Shown here piece after piece: positions 42,953 through 51,835 of a stretch of DNA of 57,204 nt. The stretch covers positions 1-57,204 of the forward strand of contig JBJMMQ010000120.1 in assembly GCA_045804705.1 (NCBI GenBank). The letters are read 5' to 3'. The stretch's first letter is position 1; the number at the start of each line of letters is the position of its first letter. Both the position numbers and the translations under genes were made by a program. A model generated the notes under the pieces. It was not told the origin of the DNA and did no database searches. It was given only the letters and a program-made list of their open reading frames with translations. The stretch is from Chloroflexota bacterium. GTDB taxonomy: Bacteria; Chloroflexota; Limnocylindria; Limnocylindrales; CSP1-4.

Positions 42953-42981
42953 AGTGTCCCGACCGTACGGTACGCGGTCAA
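42953..42981 (-). promoter_or_regulatory. Promoter candidate with 10-bp palindrome in the spacer, upstream of the copper operon
   Basis: On the minus strand: TTGACC (42981-42976), a 17-nt spacer, then GACACT (42958-42953). The perfect palindrome ACCGTACGGT (42962-42971) lies inside the spacer, 39-48 nt upstream of the ATG at 42923. Confidence 0.3.
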
Positions 42982-43042
42982 GACACGGGCAGGTCCATCC
43001 GGCCCCCTCCGTCGGGCCGATCGGACGTCCGTCGATGGAGCC

Positions 43043-44011
43043 CTAACGGGCCGCCCGGACCTCCGCGATGATCGCGGGCAGGATCGCGTGGAGGTCGCCG
43101 ATGACGGCGTAGGTCGCGCGAGTGACCATCGGCGCGTCCCGATCGGTGTTGATGGCCAGCACGTTCTTCGCCGCCCGCATCCCGACGATGTGCTGGATCG
43201 CGCCGCTGATGCCACAGGCGATATAGAGATCGGGTGCGATCCGCGTCCCGGTCTGGCCCACCTGCTGAGCGTGGGGTCGCCACCCCGCGGACGTGACGAC
43301 CCGCGATACGCCGACGGTCCCGCCGAGCAGCGAGGCAAGCTCGTCGAGCTGCGCGAAGCCCTCGGCACTGCCGACGCCACGGCCACCACCGACCACGACG
43401 CGCGCGTCGGCGAGCGAGATCTTGCCCTCCTCGGCTGGGACACGGGAGGTGATCCGGACGCGCAGATCGCGGTCGCTCAGGGTCGGGGCGAACGCTTGCA
43501 CGCCCACGGTCGACGGCGATGCCGCGAAGGCGGGTTCGATGGCGTGCGGGGCCACGGTCAGGAGCCGGACGGGACCGTCCAACCGAATCTCCTCGAGCAG
43601 ACTGCCGGCCCACCGCTGGCGGGTCGCTTCCCACTCTCCGCCCGGCCGCACCTCGGTGCAGTTCGCTGTCAGCGCCAGCCCGGTCCGGGCCGCAGCGTGG
43701 GCCATGACCTCCGACCCGCGATCGCTGCTCGTGCCGACGACGGCGGCTGGCACGTCACGGTCGATGAGCTGGGCCAGCGCCGTGCCGATCGCCTCGGGCG
43801 CATGGACGTCGAGGCGGCCGTCTTCGATCGCGTGGAGGACGCCGACGCCGCTGGCACCGAGGGCTGTGGCGAGGTCGCCCGCCTTCGAGCCCCACGCGAC
43901 GGCGTGAAGCGGCTCCCCGGTCGCCTCCGCGAGCGACCGCCCCAGCGCGAGTGCCTCGACCGACAGGCGGTCCGGACCGTTCCCGTCGTGCTCGACGACG
44001 ACGAGGATCAT
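43043..44011 (-). CDS. etfA: Electron transfer flavoprotein subunit alpha
   Basis: 322 aa. The C-terminal FAD-binding motif reads VGQTGTRIAPDLYIACGISGAIQH..GM. ATGA-type overlap with etfB. Confidence 0.9.
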   Translation of the reverse strand: MILVVVEHDGNGPDRLSVEALALGRSLAEATGEPLHAVAWGSKAGDLATALGASGVGVLHAIEDGRLDVHAPEAIGTALAQLIDRDVPAAVVGTSSDRGSEVMAHAAARTGLALTANCTEVRPGGEWEATRQRWAGSLLEEIRLDGPVRLLTVAPHAIEPAFAASPSTVGVQAFAPTLSDRDLRVRITSRVPAEEGKISLADARVVVGGGRGVGSAEGFAQLDELASLLGGTVGVSRVVTSAGWRPHAQQVGQTGTRIAPDLYIACGISGAIQHIVGMRAAKNVLAINTDRDAPMVTRATYAVIGDLHAILPAIIAEVRAAR

Positions 44012-44778
44012 GCGATCAACCCGAGTCGCCGGAAGACTTCGACGACGCGCGGCGCAGCTTCTGGTCCCTCGCCCAGGATCTCGACGGCGCTCGCCTGCTC
44101 GACCGGGACACGCAGCTTGATTCGCCCGGTCGTCGCCGAGGTGCGCGTCGGCACGACCCGCTCGACCTCCTTCTTCCTGGCCCGCAGGCGGCCGGGAACG
44201 GACGGATACCGCGGTAGGTTCAGGCCCTCCCGAACGCTGAGCACGGCCGGCCGGCCGACCTCGTAGACCTCCCAGCCTCCACCAGCGGCCTCGCGCCGGG
44301 CGACGATCGCGTCGTCCCGGATCTCCACGCCCTTGACACCGGTGACGATGGGACGGTCAAGCGCCACCGCGACCCGGACACCGACCTGATAGTCGCCGGT
44401 GTCGGCCGCCTCGTTGCCGAGCATGATCAGATCGAAGGGACCATCGGCAGCCTCCTTCGCACGGATCGCGTCCGTGATCGCCGCGGCCGTCTCGATCGGC
44501 GACCATTCGGCGCCGTCGGTCTGGAGCAGGATCGCGTTGTCGATGCCGATCGCCATCGCCTCGCGCAGCTGGTCGGTCGCCTCCTCGGGGCCGAGCGTCA
44601 GCACGGTGCTCGATCCGCCACTCGCCTCGACGATCCGGACCGCCTCCTCGACCGCGCACTCCTCGTGCGGGCTGACCGTGAAGCCGAGGAAGCGCGTGTC
44701 GATCGCCTGCTCGTCCGCGGTCAGGGTGATCCGGCCGGCGGTCGCGGGGACTCGCTTCACGCAGACGAGGACGCGCAT
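44008..44778 (-). CDS. etfB: Electron transfer flavoprotein subunit beta
   Basis: The last 256 aa of track ORF 44008..45522 read MRVLVCVKRVPATAG...DLIMLGNEAADTGDYQVG...LNLPRYPS. The ATG at 44778 shares 1 nt with the upstream stop. Confidence 0.9.
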   Translation of the reverse strand: MRVLVCVKRVPATAGRITLTADEQAIDTRFLGFTVSPHEECAVEEAVRIVEASGGSSTVLTLGPEEATDQLREAMAIGIDNAILLQTDGAEWSPIETAAAITDAIRAKEAADGPFDLIMLGNEAADTGDYQVGVRVAVALDRPIVTGVKGVEIRDDAIVARREAAGGGWEVYEVGRPAVLSVREGLNLPRYPSVPGRLRARKKEVERVVPTRTSATTGRIKLRVPVEQASAVEILGEGPEAAPRVVEVFRRLGLIA

Positions 44779-47294
44779 CAAGCCTTGACCCGCGTGTTCT
44801 CCGGGTCGAACAACGGCGTCGAACCGACGACCGCGACGGTCACCGGGTAACGCTCCCCGAAGTACTCGACCTGGAGCTTCGTCCCGGCGACCGCGTACTC
44901 CGGCGGCAGGTACGACAGCAGCAGATGCTTCCCGACGGACGGTCCCGACCCGGCGCTCGTCACGAACGAGCGTCGGCCCTTCGCGTCCGTGATCGGTCCG
45001 CCGTCGGCGGTCAGGACTGGCTCCTTCCCGAGCATGTAGCGCTTCACGCCGTTCGCCGACGTGTTGTCGTCGACCGTCAGCGTGCACAACGTCGCGACGG
45101 CCGGCGTCGAGCGCTGCTCGAGATAGGCGTCGCGCCCGATGAAGTCGGCCTCCTTGACCTTCGGCCGGAGCATGTCGGCCTCGACGAGGTCGAATTCGAG
45201 CTCCAGCTCCGCGCCGTGCGCCCGGTAGCCCTTCTCGAGGCGGCCGGTCGTGCCGTAGACGCCGATGCCGAAGGGGACGATGCCGTGCGGCTTGCCTGCC
45301 TCCAAAAGCGTGTCCCAGAGCCTGGCGCCCTGCTCCATCGGCACGTACAGCTCCCAGCCGAGCTCGCCGACGTACGAGATCCGCGAGGCGAGGACGGGCA
45401 TGCCGCCGAGCTCGATCGTCCGGCACGTCCCGAACGCGAAGCCGCCATTCGAGACGTCGTCCGAGGTCGCGGCGGCGACGACGTCGCGCGCTCGCGGTCC
45501 CCAGATCCCCGCGGTGCACCACGTCGAGGTCGCGTCGTAGAGCTGCGCGGAGCCGTCAGCCGGCAGATGGTCGCTGAACCATTTCCGGTCGCCCATCCCG
45601 TGCGCGCCGCCGGTCACGACCCGGAAGTGGTCGCGCCCGAGCCGCATGATGGTGAGGTCGGACTTGATCCCGCCAGCCTCGTTGAGCAGCGGCGTGTAGA
45701 CGACACGGCCATCTGGGACGTCCATCTGGGCGACGGCCATCCGCTGGACGTGCTCGAGCGCGCCCGGTCCGGTGATGTCGAAGATCGCGAACGCGGACAG
45801 GTCGACCATGCCGACTCGGTCGCGCATCGCGAGGTGCTCGGCGTTGATGATCGGCGACCACCAGCGCGAGTCCCACTCGGCCGCGCGTGGCATGACCCGG
45901 TCCCCGTATTCCTCGAGAAGACCCTTGTTGGACTCGTACCAGAAGGGCCGCTCCCAGCCGGCTGTCTCGAAGAAGACGGCTCCGAGCTCGCGCTCGCGCG
46001 GGTTGAACGGAGAGAGGCGGACGTCCCGATTGCTCGCCCACTGCTCGAACGGATGGACGATGCCATAGGTCTTGTTGAAGCCCTCCGCCGAACGGGCCCT
46101 GACGTGGTGGCGCGCCGTCTGGTGGGCGTGGAAGCGGGCGATGTCCGACCCGTGCGGATCGATCTCGGGCTTCCCGTCGGTCATCCACTCCGCGACCATC
46201 CGGGCGATCCCGGGAGCCTCCTTGATCCAGACGGCGGCGGCTGCCCACAGGCCCTTGACCTCGGGCGTCTCGCCGAGGATCGGCATACCGTCCGGCGTCA
46301 GTGACAGCAGGCCGTTGATCTGATGACGGATCCCGACGCGCTCGTCGCCGAGGATGTCCGGGACGAGCTCGAGCGCCTGTTCCATCTGGAGCTCGAAATC
46401 CTCCTCGGTGAACGGCAGCTCGGTCGGCGATAGCTTCGACTCGGCGATCGAGGGGATGTCGTCGGCGTCCCAGAGGATCGCCCGATGCGCGTACGAGCCG
46501 ACCTCGAGGTCGCCGCCGTGCTGGCGCTCGTAGCAGTTCGTGTCCATGTCCCGGATGATCGGGTACTTGATCTCGCCGACCGTGTCCTCGAACAGGGGAA
46601 CGGGACCGACGCTGATCATCTGGTGGACCGCCGGTGTGAGCGGGATGGCAGCGCCGGCCATCGCCCCGATGCGCGGGCTCCAGACGCCGCAGGCGATGAC
46701 GACGATGTCCGCCTCGAAGTCGCCCTTGTCGGTGCGGACCCGCGTCACGCGGCCGTCCTCCACGTCGATGCCGGTGACCTCGGTCATCGGCGCCAGCCGC
46801 AGGCCGCCCATGGCCTGGGCGCGCTCGCGCATGATCGTCCCCGCCCGCAGGGAGTCGACGACGCCGATCCCCGGCGTCGAGAAGCCGCCGAGGATGATGT
46901 CGGCATTGACGTACGGGACGAGCTCCTTGACCTCGGCCGGGGTCAGCATCTCGGATTCGATGCCCCACGAGCGGGACGACGCCATCCGGCGCTTGAGCTC
47001 CTCCATCCGCTCGGGCGTCCGGGCGACCTCGATGCCACCCGACTGCGTGAAGACGCCCATCTCCTTGTACTGCTCGACGCTGTCGGCGGTCAGAGCGGTC
47101 ATCTCGCGCGAGTGATCGGTCAGGAAGATGAAGTTCGAAGCGTGCCCTGTCGACCCGCCCGGGTTTGGCAACGGACCCTTCTCGATCTGGACGATGTCCT
47201 TCCAGCCGAGACGCGCGAGGTGGTAGACGAGGCTGTTGCCGACGATCCCAGCGCCGATGACGACGACGCGCGCAGCACTCGGTTGCGTGCTCAA
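44778..47294 (-). CDS. Dimethylglycine/sarcosine dehydrogenase-like enzyme (FAD DAO domain + GcvT aminomethyltransferase fold)
   Basis: 838 aa. VVVIGAGIVGNSLVYHLA is the dinucleotide fold. The C-terminal half carries GcvT-like FAIFDITGPGA...ISYVGELGWELY. TTG start preceded by GAGGAGG. Confidence 0.85.
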   Translation of the reverse strand: MSTQPSAARVVVIGAGIVGNSLVYHLARLGWKDIVQIEKGPLPNPGGSTGHASNFIFLTDHSREMTALTADSVEQYKEMGVFTQSGGIEVARTPERMEELKRRMASSRSWGIESEMLTPAEVKELVPYVNADIILGGFSTPGIGVVDSLRAGTIMRERAQAMGGLRLAPMTEVTGIDVEDGRVTRVRTDKGDFEADIVVIACGVWSPRIGAMAGAAIPLTPAVHQMISVGPVPLFEDTVGEIKYPIIRDMDTNCYERQHGGDLEVGSYAHRAILWDADDIPSIAESKLSPTELPFTEEDFELQMEQALELVPDILGDERVGIRHQINGLLSLTPDGMPILGETPEVKGLWAAAAVWIKEAPGIARMVAEWMTDGKPEIDPHGSDIARFHAHQTARHHVRARSAEGFNKTYGIVHPFEQWASNRDVRLSPFNPRERELGAVFFETAGWERPFWYESNKGLLEEYGDRVMPRAAEWDSRWWSPIINAEHLAMRDRVGMVDLSAFAIFDITGPGALEHVQRMAVAQMDVPDGRVVYTPLLNEAGGIKSDLTIMRLGRDHFRVVTGGAHGMGDRKWFSDHLPADGSAQLYDATSTWCTAGIWGPRARDVVAAATSDDVSNGGFAFGTCRTIELGGMPVLASRISYVGELGWELYVPMEQGARLWDTLLEAGKPHGIVPFGIGVYGTTGRLEKGYRAHGAELELEFDLVEADMLRPKVKEADFIGRDAYLEQRSTPAVATLCTLTVDDNTSANGVKRYMLGKEPVLTADGGPITDAKGRRSFVTSAGSGPSVGKHLLLSYLPPEYAVAGTKLQVEYFGERYPVTVAVVGSTPLFDPENTRVKA

Positions 47295-47413
47295 ACGAAC
47301 CTCCTCGGGCCGGGCGCGCGCGGGACGGCGTGACGGCCGGCAACGGCAGTGTGGGCGGCCATTCTAGCGGCGGCGGCCGAGGAGATGAAAGGTTCGGCGC
47401 GCGTCGCGGTCGG

Positions 47414-47647
47414 TCAGCGGCCGGCCCCGAAGTCCGTCTCTTTGATCAGCCGACCGGTCCGGTCGAATGTCCGCCAGGAACCGACCTGGCGGCCGCCCTC
47501 GAGCCGGCCGCGACGCATGACCGATCCGTCGAGGCGGTAGAAGACCCACTCGCCATGCATCACTTCGTGGAGTCTGTAACCCTCGGACTTGACGGTTCCC
47601 GAGGGGTAGTAAGCGATGTCCGCGATGGGCGTGGCGTCGTCGTCCAT
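47414..47647 (-). CDS. Small MORN-repeat-variant (YwqK-like) protein
   Basis: 77 aa. YYPSGTVKSEGYRLHEVMHGEWVFYRLDGSVMRRGRLEGGRQVGSWRTFDRTGRL shows 2-3 MORN_2-type G-W-Y repeats. Confidence 0.5.
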   Translation of the reverse strand: MDDDATPIADIAYYPSGTVKSEGYRLHEVMHGEWVFYRLDGSVMRRGRLEGGRQVGSWRTFDRTGRLIKETDFGAGR

Positions 47648-47751
47648 GCGCTCGAGTATGCATCCGCGACCGTTCGGTCGCCGGCATCACTGGCTACGAT
47701 GACCCGAGCGTCAGACCAGCACGGCTGACGACGCGAGGAGGGGCACCAGTC

Positions 47752-48558
47752 ATGACCGCCGAAGAGCCGGCGTACCGCGAACACGGCAACGCCTACAACA
47801 TCTTCATCCTGGTCCTGACCATCTATTCGCTCGCCCTGATGGTGCTGCTCCTGCTGCCCATCGATCCCCAGACGCGGGTGCTGGTCAACTTCTACGACAA
47901 CGTGATCTGTGTCGTCTTCCTGATCGACTTCACGATGAACCTGCTCGGGTCGAAGCCGAAGCGCGCCTACTTCGTGACCCGCCGCGGCTGGCTCGACCTG
48001 CTCGGGTCCGTCCCGAGCTTCGGCTTCTTCCAGATCAGCGCCCTTCTCCGCCTCGCGCGACTGAGCCGACTGGCCCGGATCACGCGGCTGATGCGCGGGC
48101 AGGCCGGCAAGGACCTCGTCATCGACGTGCTCAAGAACAGGAGCCAGTACGCGGCGTTCATCACGATCCTCCTCGCCGGGATGGTCCTGTCGGTCGCGAG
48201 CATCCTCGTCCTCAACGAGGAGAGCAGGGCGGCCAACGCCAACATCAAGACCGGCGGTGACGCGTTGTGGTGGGCGATCGTGACCATCACGACGGTCGGC
48301 TACGGCGACTTCTTCCCGGTGACGTCACTCGGGCGGATCACCGCGTTCTTCGTGATGATCGCGGGCATCGGCATCATCGGTGCGCTCGCCAGCATCCTGG
48401 CCGCCCTGCTCGTCTCGCCCTCGACGACGGACGAGGCGGAGGATGCCGCGAGGGAGGCCGCAAACGACGCGGCCGTCGCCGCGATCGCCTCCGAGCTGGC
48501 TGGACTCCGGACAGACATCGCCGCCCTGCGAGCCACTCTCGACCGCGGCGGCGGCTGA
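47752..48558 (+). CDS. Voltage-gated-type (6TM) potassium channel
   Basis: 268 aa. The S4 helix has an Arg every third residue (LRLARLSRLARITRLMR). The selectivity filter is TITTVGYGD. Confidence 0.88.
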   Translation: MTAEEPAYREHGNAYNIFILVLTIYSLALMVLLLLPIDPQTRVLVNFYDNVICVVFLIDFTMNLLGSKPKRAYFVTRRGWLDLLGSVPSFGFFQISALLRLARLSRLARITRLMRGQAGKDLVIDVLKNRSQYAAFITILLAGMVLSVASILVLNEESRAANANIKTGGDALWWAIVTITTVGYGDFFPVTSLGRITAFFVMIAGIGIIGALASILAALLVSPSTTDEAEDAAREAANDAAVAAIASELAGLRTDIAALRATLDRGGG

Positions 48559-48641
48559 GCTACTCCTCGAGCACGTTCCGCTTCGCGGCGGCGAACTCTG
48601 AGCTACTCCTCGAGCACGTTCCGCTTCGCCGCGGCGAACTC
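48556..48641. repeat. Tandem 43-bp direct duplication (42/43 identical) at a convergent gene junction
   Basis: Copy 1 is 48556-48598 and copy 2 is 48599-48641, unit TGAGCTACTCCTCGAGCACGTTCCGCTTCGC(G/C)GCGGCGAACTC. On the minus strand each copy encodes EFAAAKRNVLEE-stop. Copy 1 also provides the TGA stop of the K+ channel. Confidence 0.95.
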
Positions 48642-49094
48642 ATCGTCCGTCAGGACGCCGTTGGCGTGGAGCCTCGCGAGATCCTGGAGCCGATCGGCGA
48701 TCGGCCGGGGTGACGACGATCCCACAGCTGACGTTCCCGCCGGGGTCGACGGAGCGGTGGACGCAGTGATGCCCATCGTTCCCCAGAACTGGTCGACCTG
48801 CGCCTGATATCGCGCAGCGTCCATCCCGCCTTCCCTGAAGATCCTCGTCCCGATCCGCATCGTGTCCACCACCGACCGATGTTGCGGACCGAGCTCCATG
48901 CCGGCTCGGCAGATCGGACAGGCGAGGTACTCGTTCGAGCCATACGGCATCACCGGGATGAAGTAGAGGCTGACTCGCTTCTCGGAGTGGATCTGATGCA
49001 GGAAGACCTGGTTGTGGCAGTTCGGGCAGGCGAGCGGCGCCACCTCCCCGAGGTCGCGCGCCTCACCCGAGCCCCAGCCGAAGATGACGACCAT
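48603..49094 (-). CDS. Zinc-ribbon + SHOCT-domain protein
   Basis: ATG at 49094 (MVVIFGWGSGE...). The zinc ribbon is CPNC...CPIC. The C-terminal LQDLARLHANGVLTDDEFAAAKRNVLEE is a SHOCT motif. Confidence 0.7.
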   Translation of the reverse strand: MVVIFGWGSGEARDLGEVAPLACPNCHNQVFLHQIHSEKRVSLYFIPVMPYGSNEYLACPICRAGMELGPQHRSVVDTMRIGTRIFREGGMDAARYQAQVDQFWGTMGITASTAPSTPAGTSAVGSSSPRPIADRLQDLARLHANGVLTDDEFAAAKRNVLEE

Positions 49095-49153
49095 TTCGGG
49101 GCGGAGGATACCAGCGTGGTCCGGCTTCCTGGCAGACCGGCTACGCTCCGGGC

Positions 49154-50068
49154 ATGCCGGACGCATCGCTCGACCACGTGCCGACTGCAGCGCATCGGCA
49201 CATCACGAGGCTCACCTGGGCGCTCGTCATCAGCATCGCCGTCCTCATCACGGAGCTCGTCGCCGGCATCGCGAGCAACTCCCTCGCGCTCCTCGCGGAC
49301 GCCGGACACGTCTTCGCCGACGTGTCGGGGATCGCCTTCGCGCTCGTCGCGGTCCGGCTGGCGGCTCGTCCGCGGACGGACGAACGGACCTTCGGCCTCT
49401 ACCGCCTCGAGATCGTCGCGGCAGCGGCGAACGCGATCCTCCTCCTGCTCATCGCGGCGTTCGTGTTCTACGAAGCCATCCGGCGGCTCCAGTCACCACC
49501 CGAGGTCGGCGCGGGGATCGTCACGGTCGTCGCCGCGGGTGTCCTGCTCGCGAATCTCGTTTCGCTCCGCATCCTGCACCCCGGTCAGGCCGAGAGCCTG
49601 ACCATCCGCGGCGCCTACATCGAGGTGTTGGGCGACCTGTTCGGCGCGGGTGCCGTGCTCATCTCGGGGATCGTCATCATCGCGACCGGGTGGACGCAGG
49701 CGGACGCCGTCGCCTCGATGGTCGTCGCGATCCTCATCGTGCCGCGGACCCTGGCCCTGCTCCGCGAAAGCCTCGACGTTCTGATGGAGGCCACGCCCAA
49801 GGGGGTCGACCTCGATCATGTGCGCCAGCACATCCTGGAAGCGCCCGGCGTGAGCGACGTCCACGACCTCCACGCGTGGACGATCACGAGTGGCATGAAC
49901 GTCGTCTCAGCTCATGTCGTCCTCAGCCCCGAGGCCAAACCCGGCGACGTGCTCGACCACCTCGGTGCCTGCCTCTCCGACGACTTCGATGTCAACCATT
50001 CGACCTTCCAGCTCGAAACTCCCGAGCACGTCGTGTGGGAGGCGCGTTCGGCGCAGCCGCAGCACTGA
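49154..50068 (+). CDS. Cation diffusion facilitator (CDF) family metal efflux transporter (CzcD/ZitB-like)
   Basis: 304 aa, 6 TM. Metal-site motifs are LLADAGHVFADV (HxxxD) and AVASMVV. The cytoplasmic domain has DVHDLHAWTITSG. Confidence 0.9.
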   Translation: MPDASLDHVPTAAHRHITRLTWALVISIAVLITELVAGIASNSLALLADAGHVFADVSGIAFALVAVRLAARPRTDERTFGLYRLEIVAAAANAILLLLIAAFVFYEAIRRLQSPPEVGAGIVTVVAAGVLLANLVSLRILHPGQAESLTIRGAYIEVLGDLFGAGAVLISGIVIIATGWTQADAVASMVVAILIVPRTLALLRESLDVLMEATPKGVDLDHVRQHILEAPGVSDVHDLHAWTITSGMNVVSAHVVLSPEAKPGDVLDHLGACLSDDFDVNHSTFQLETPEHVVWEARSAQPQH

Positions 50069-50107
50069 CCGCACCCCGTGGCGGGTGCGTGCGGGGCGCT
50101 CGGGCCC

Positions 50108-51004
50108 TCAGCGCCGTTCGGCAGCGACGAGGTCGCGGATGTAACTGCTCACCGGCCGCGCCTGGATCCCGAGATCGCGAAGGACGGTGTCGTCGGGAGC
50201 GACCGCCCGGTCATCGAGCGACAGGCCCATCCCGAGGACCGAGGACAGTGCGGGATGGATCGGCCGGAGGGCCGTGGACCCCGCGCGCATCGCGAGCCGC
50301 GGGACGTGACGGCGCCGGAGACGCGTGCCAAGGGCGGTCTCGAAGGCGGCCGCGAGCTCGTTCCTCGTCATCATCTCCGGCCCGCCGAACTCGACCATTC
50401 GCGGTGGGTCCGGCATCGCCGTCAACCGGACGATGGCCTCCGCGACGTCGTCCATCGCGACATATGAGGCTTGTCCGTCCCCGCGACCGAAGATCACGAC
50501 GCGCCCACTGCGCCAGTCGAAGCCGCGTTCGCCCGAGAGCCATGGCTCCTGATAGGCGTCCGGTCGCACGATCACCTCGTGCATGGGTGACGCCTTCAGG
50601 AGCTCCTCCGTCGCGAGCTTTGCCTGCGCGAAGGGTGTCGCGGACTCGAGGATCACGCCAGGGAACGAGACGTAGACGAAGCGCCGGACTCCCGCTTCCG
50701 CCGCGATCGAGACGAGACTGCGGTAACCCTCGCGGTCCACGGTCTGGATCGAGACGTCGCCGTGGCGGGCCATGATCCGGTCGAGCGAATGTGCGCTGGC
50801 GACGACGGTATCGATGCCCTCGAGCGCGATCCGAAGGCTGGCCGGATCACGGAGGTCCCCACGGACGACCTCGGTTGCCACATCGGCCAACGCTCCAGGC
50901 TCCGTCTGCCGGCGGACAAGTGCCCGGAACGGCAGACCGTGTGCCTCGAGACGACGTGCGATCCGGCCGCCGAGGTTGCCTGTGCCTCCGACGAGCAGTA
51001 GCAA
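50108..51004 (-). CDS. NmrA-like / atypical SDR NAD(P)H-binding protein
   Basis: 298 aa with LLLVGGTGNLGGRIARRL (Rossmann). TTG start with AGGAG upstream. Divergent from the TetR gene. Confidence 0.8.
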   Translation of the reverse strand: MLLLVGGTGNLGGRIARRLEAHGLPFRALVRRQTEPGALADVATEVVRGDLRDPASLRIALEGIDTVVASAHSLDRIMARHGDVSIQTVDREGYRSLVSIAAEAGVRRFVYVSFPGVILESATPFAQAKLATEELLKASPMHEVIVRPDAYQEPWLSGERGFDWRSGRVVIFGRGDGQASYVAMDDVAEAIVRLTAMPDPPRMVEFGGPEMMTRNELAAAFETALGTRLRRRHVPRLAMRAGSTALRPIHPALSSVLGMGLSLDDRAVAPDDTVLRDLGIQARPVSSYIRDLVAAERR

Positions 51005-51038
51005 AGGGATCTCCTGTCGATGTGGCGGGTCGCTATTG

Positions 51039-51056
51039 GTTCCACTATACTGGAAC
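51039..51056. promoter_or_regulatory. Candidate TetR operator (18-bp near-palindrome)
   Basis: GTTCCACTATACTGGAAC is 16/18 self-complementary. It sits in the 54-nt divergent spacer between the NmrA-like and TetR genes. Confidence 0.35.
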
Positions 51057-51058
51057 GA

Positions 51059-51730
51059 ATGTCAGACATCGTCAAGCCCCGGCGCCCGTATGACGCTCGG
51101 CGACGGCGTCGCCGGGCCGACCAGGGGCGCGCCCGGACGCTCGAAGTGGCGCGTCGGCTGTTCCTCGACCGCGGATACGCGGGCACGACCATCGGCGCGA
51201 TCTCCGCCGAAGCGGACGTCTCGCCCGACACCATCTACAAATCCTTCGGAGGGAAACCGGGGCTCCTCCGTGCGATCTGGCTTCAAAGCCTCGAAGGCGC
51301 GGGGCCCGTCCCCGCGGAGCAGCGATCGGATGCGATCCGCGCTGTGGAGCACGACGCACGGGCACTCATCCGAGCGTGGGGCACGCTCGTGACAGAGGTC
51401 GCCGCCCGAGTCGCGCCGATCGTCCTCCTCATCCGCGCAGCCGCGGAGTCGGACGTGCGGATGGCGGAGCTACTGGCCGAGGTCGACGAGCAGCGGCTCC
51501 GGCGCATGGAAGCGAACGCTCGAACCCTGTTCGAGCGTCACGACCTCCGACCAGACCTGACACTCGAAGACGCTCGGGACATCATGTGGACCTACACATC
51601 GCCCGACGTGTACGAGCTGCTGGTCATCCGGCGGCAGTGGTCGGCGGAACGATTCGGGACATTCGTCGCGGAGCAGTTGACCGCCGCGCTCCTTCCGTTC
51701 CGAAAGGCGAGACAGCGCCCGTCGTCCTGA
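51059..51730 (+). CDS. TetR/AcrR-family transcriptional regulator
   Basis: ATG at 51059 (MSDIVKPRRPYD...). The HTH reads TLEVARRLFLDRGYAGTTIGAISAEADVSPDTIYKSFGGKPGLL. Confidence 0.85.
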   Translation: MSDIVKPRRPYDARRRRRRADQGRARTLEVARRLFLDRGYAGTTIGAISAEADVSPDTIYKSFGGKPGLLRAIWLQSLEGAGPVPAEQRSDAIRAVEHDARALIRAWGTLVTEVAARVAPIVLLIRAAAESDVRMAELLAEVDEQRLRRMEANARTLFERHDLRPDLTLEDARDIMWTYTSPDVYELLVIRRQWSAERFGTFVAEQLTAALLPFRKARQRPSS

Positions 51731-51835
51731 GGACCCGCTACGCGTACAGCCAGCGCGCCGACGGACTACCGTAGACCGTCCACCGCACCGCAGCCGCGCC
51801 TCGCCGCTCCGTGTGCCCGGGAGAGGAGCCGCGCG

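Noticed and set aside
45556-47343. 595-aa alternative-frame ORF over the DMGDH-like gene, and the 504-aa long form 44008..45522
   Set aside because: The translations are Arg/Pro/Gly-rich without motifs. The real frames give DAO/GcvT motifs and an EtfB sequence starting at ATG 44778.
50070-50089. Bidirectional terminator hairpin between the CDF and NmrA-like genes, with similar GC hairpins at 31333-31351 and 25955-25974
   Set aside because: The stems are 7 bp with no adjacent T/U tract. That is plausible in high-GC genomes but too weak to list as features.
49012-50775. 587-aa + strand ORF across the CDF and NmrA-like genes
   Set aside because: It is an Arg-rich out-of-frame read-through with no domains. 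The CDF (+) and NmrA-like (-) frames are clearly the real ones.
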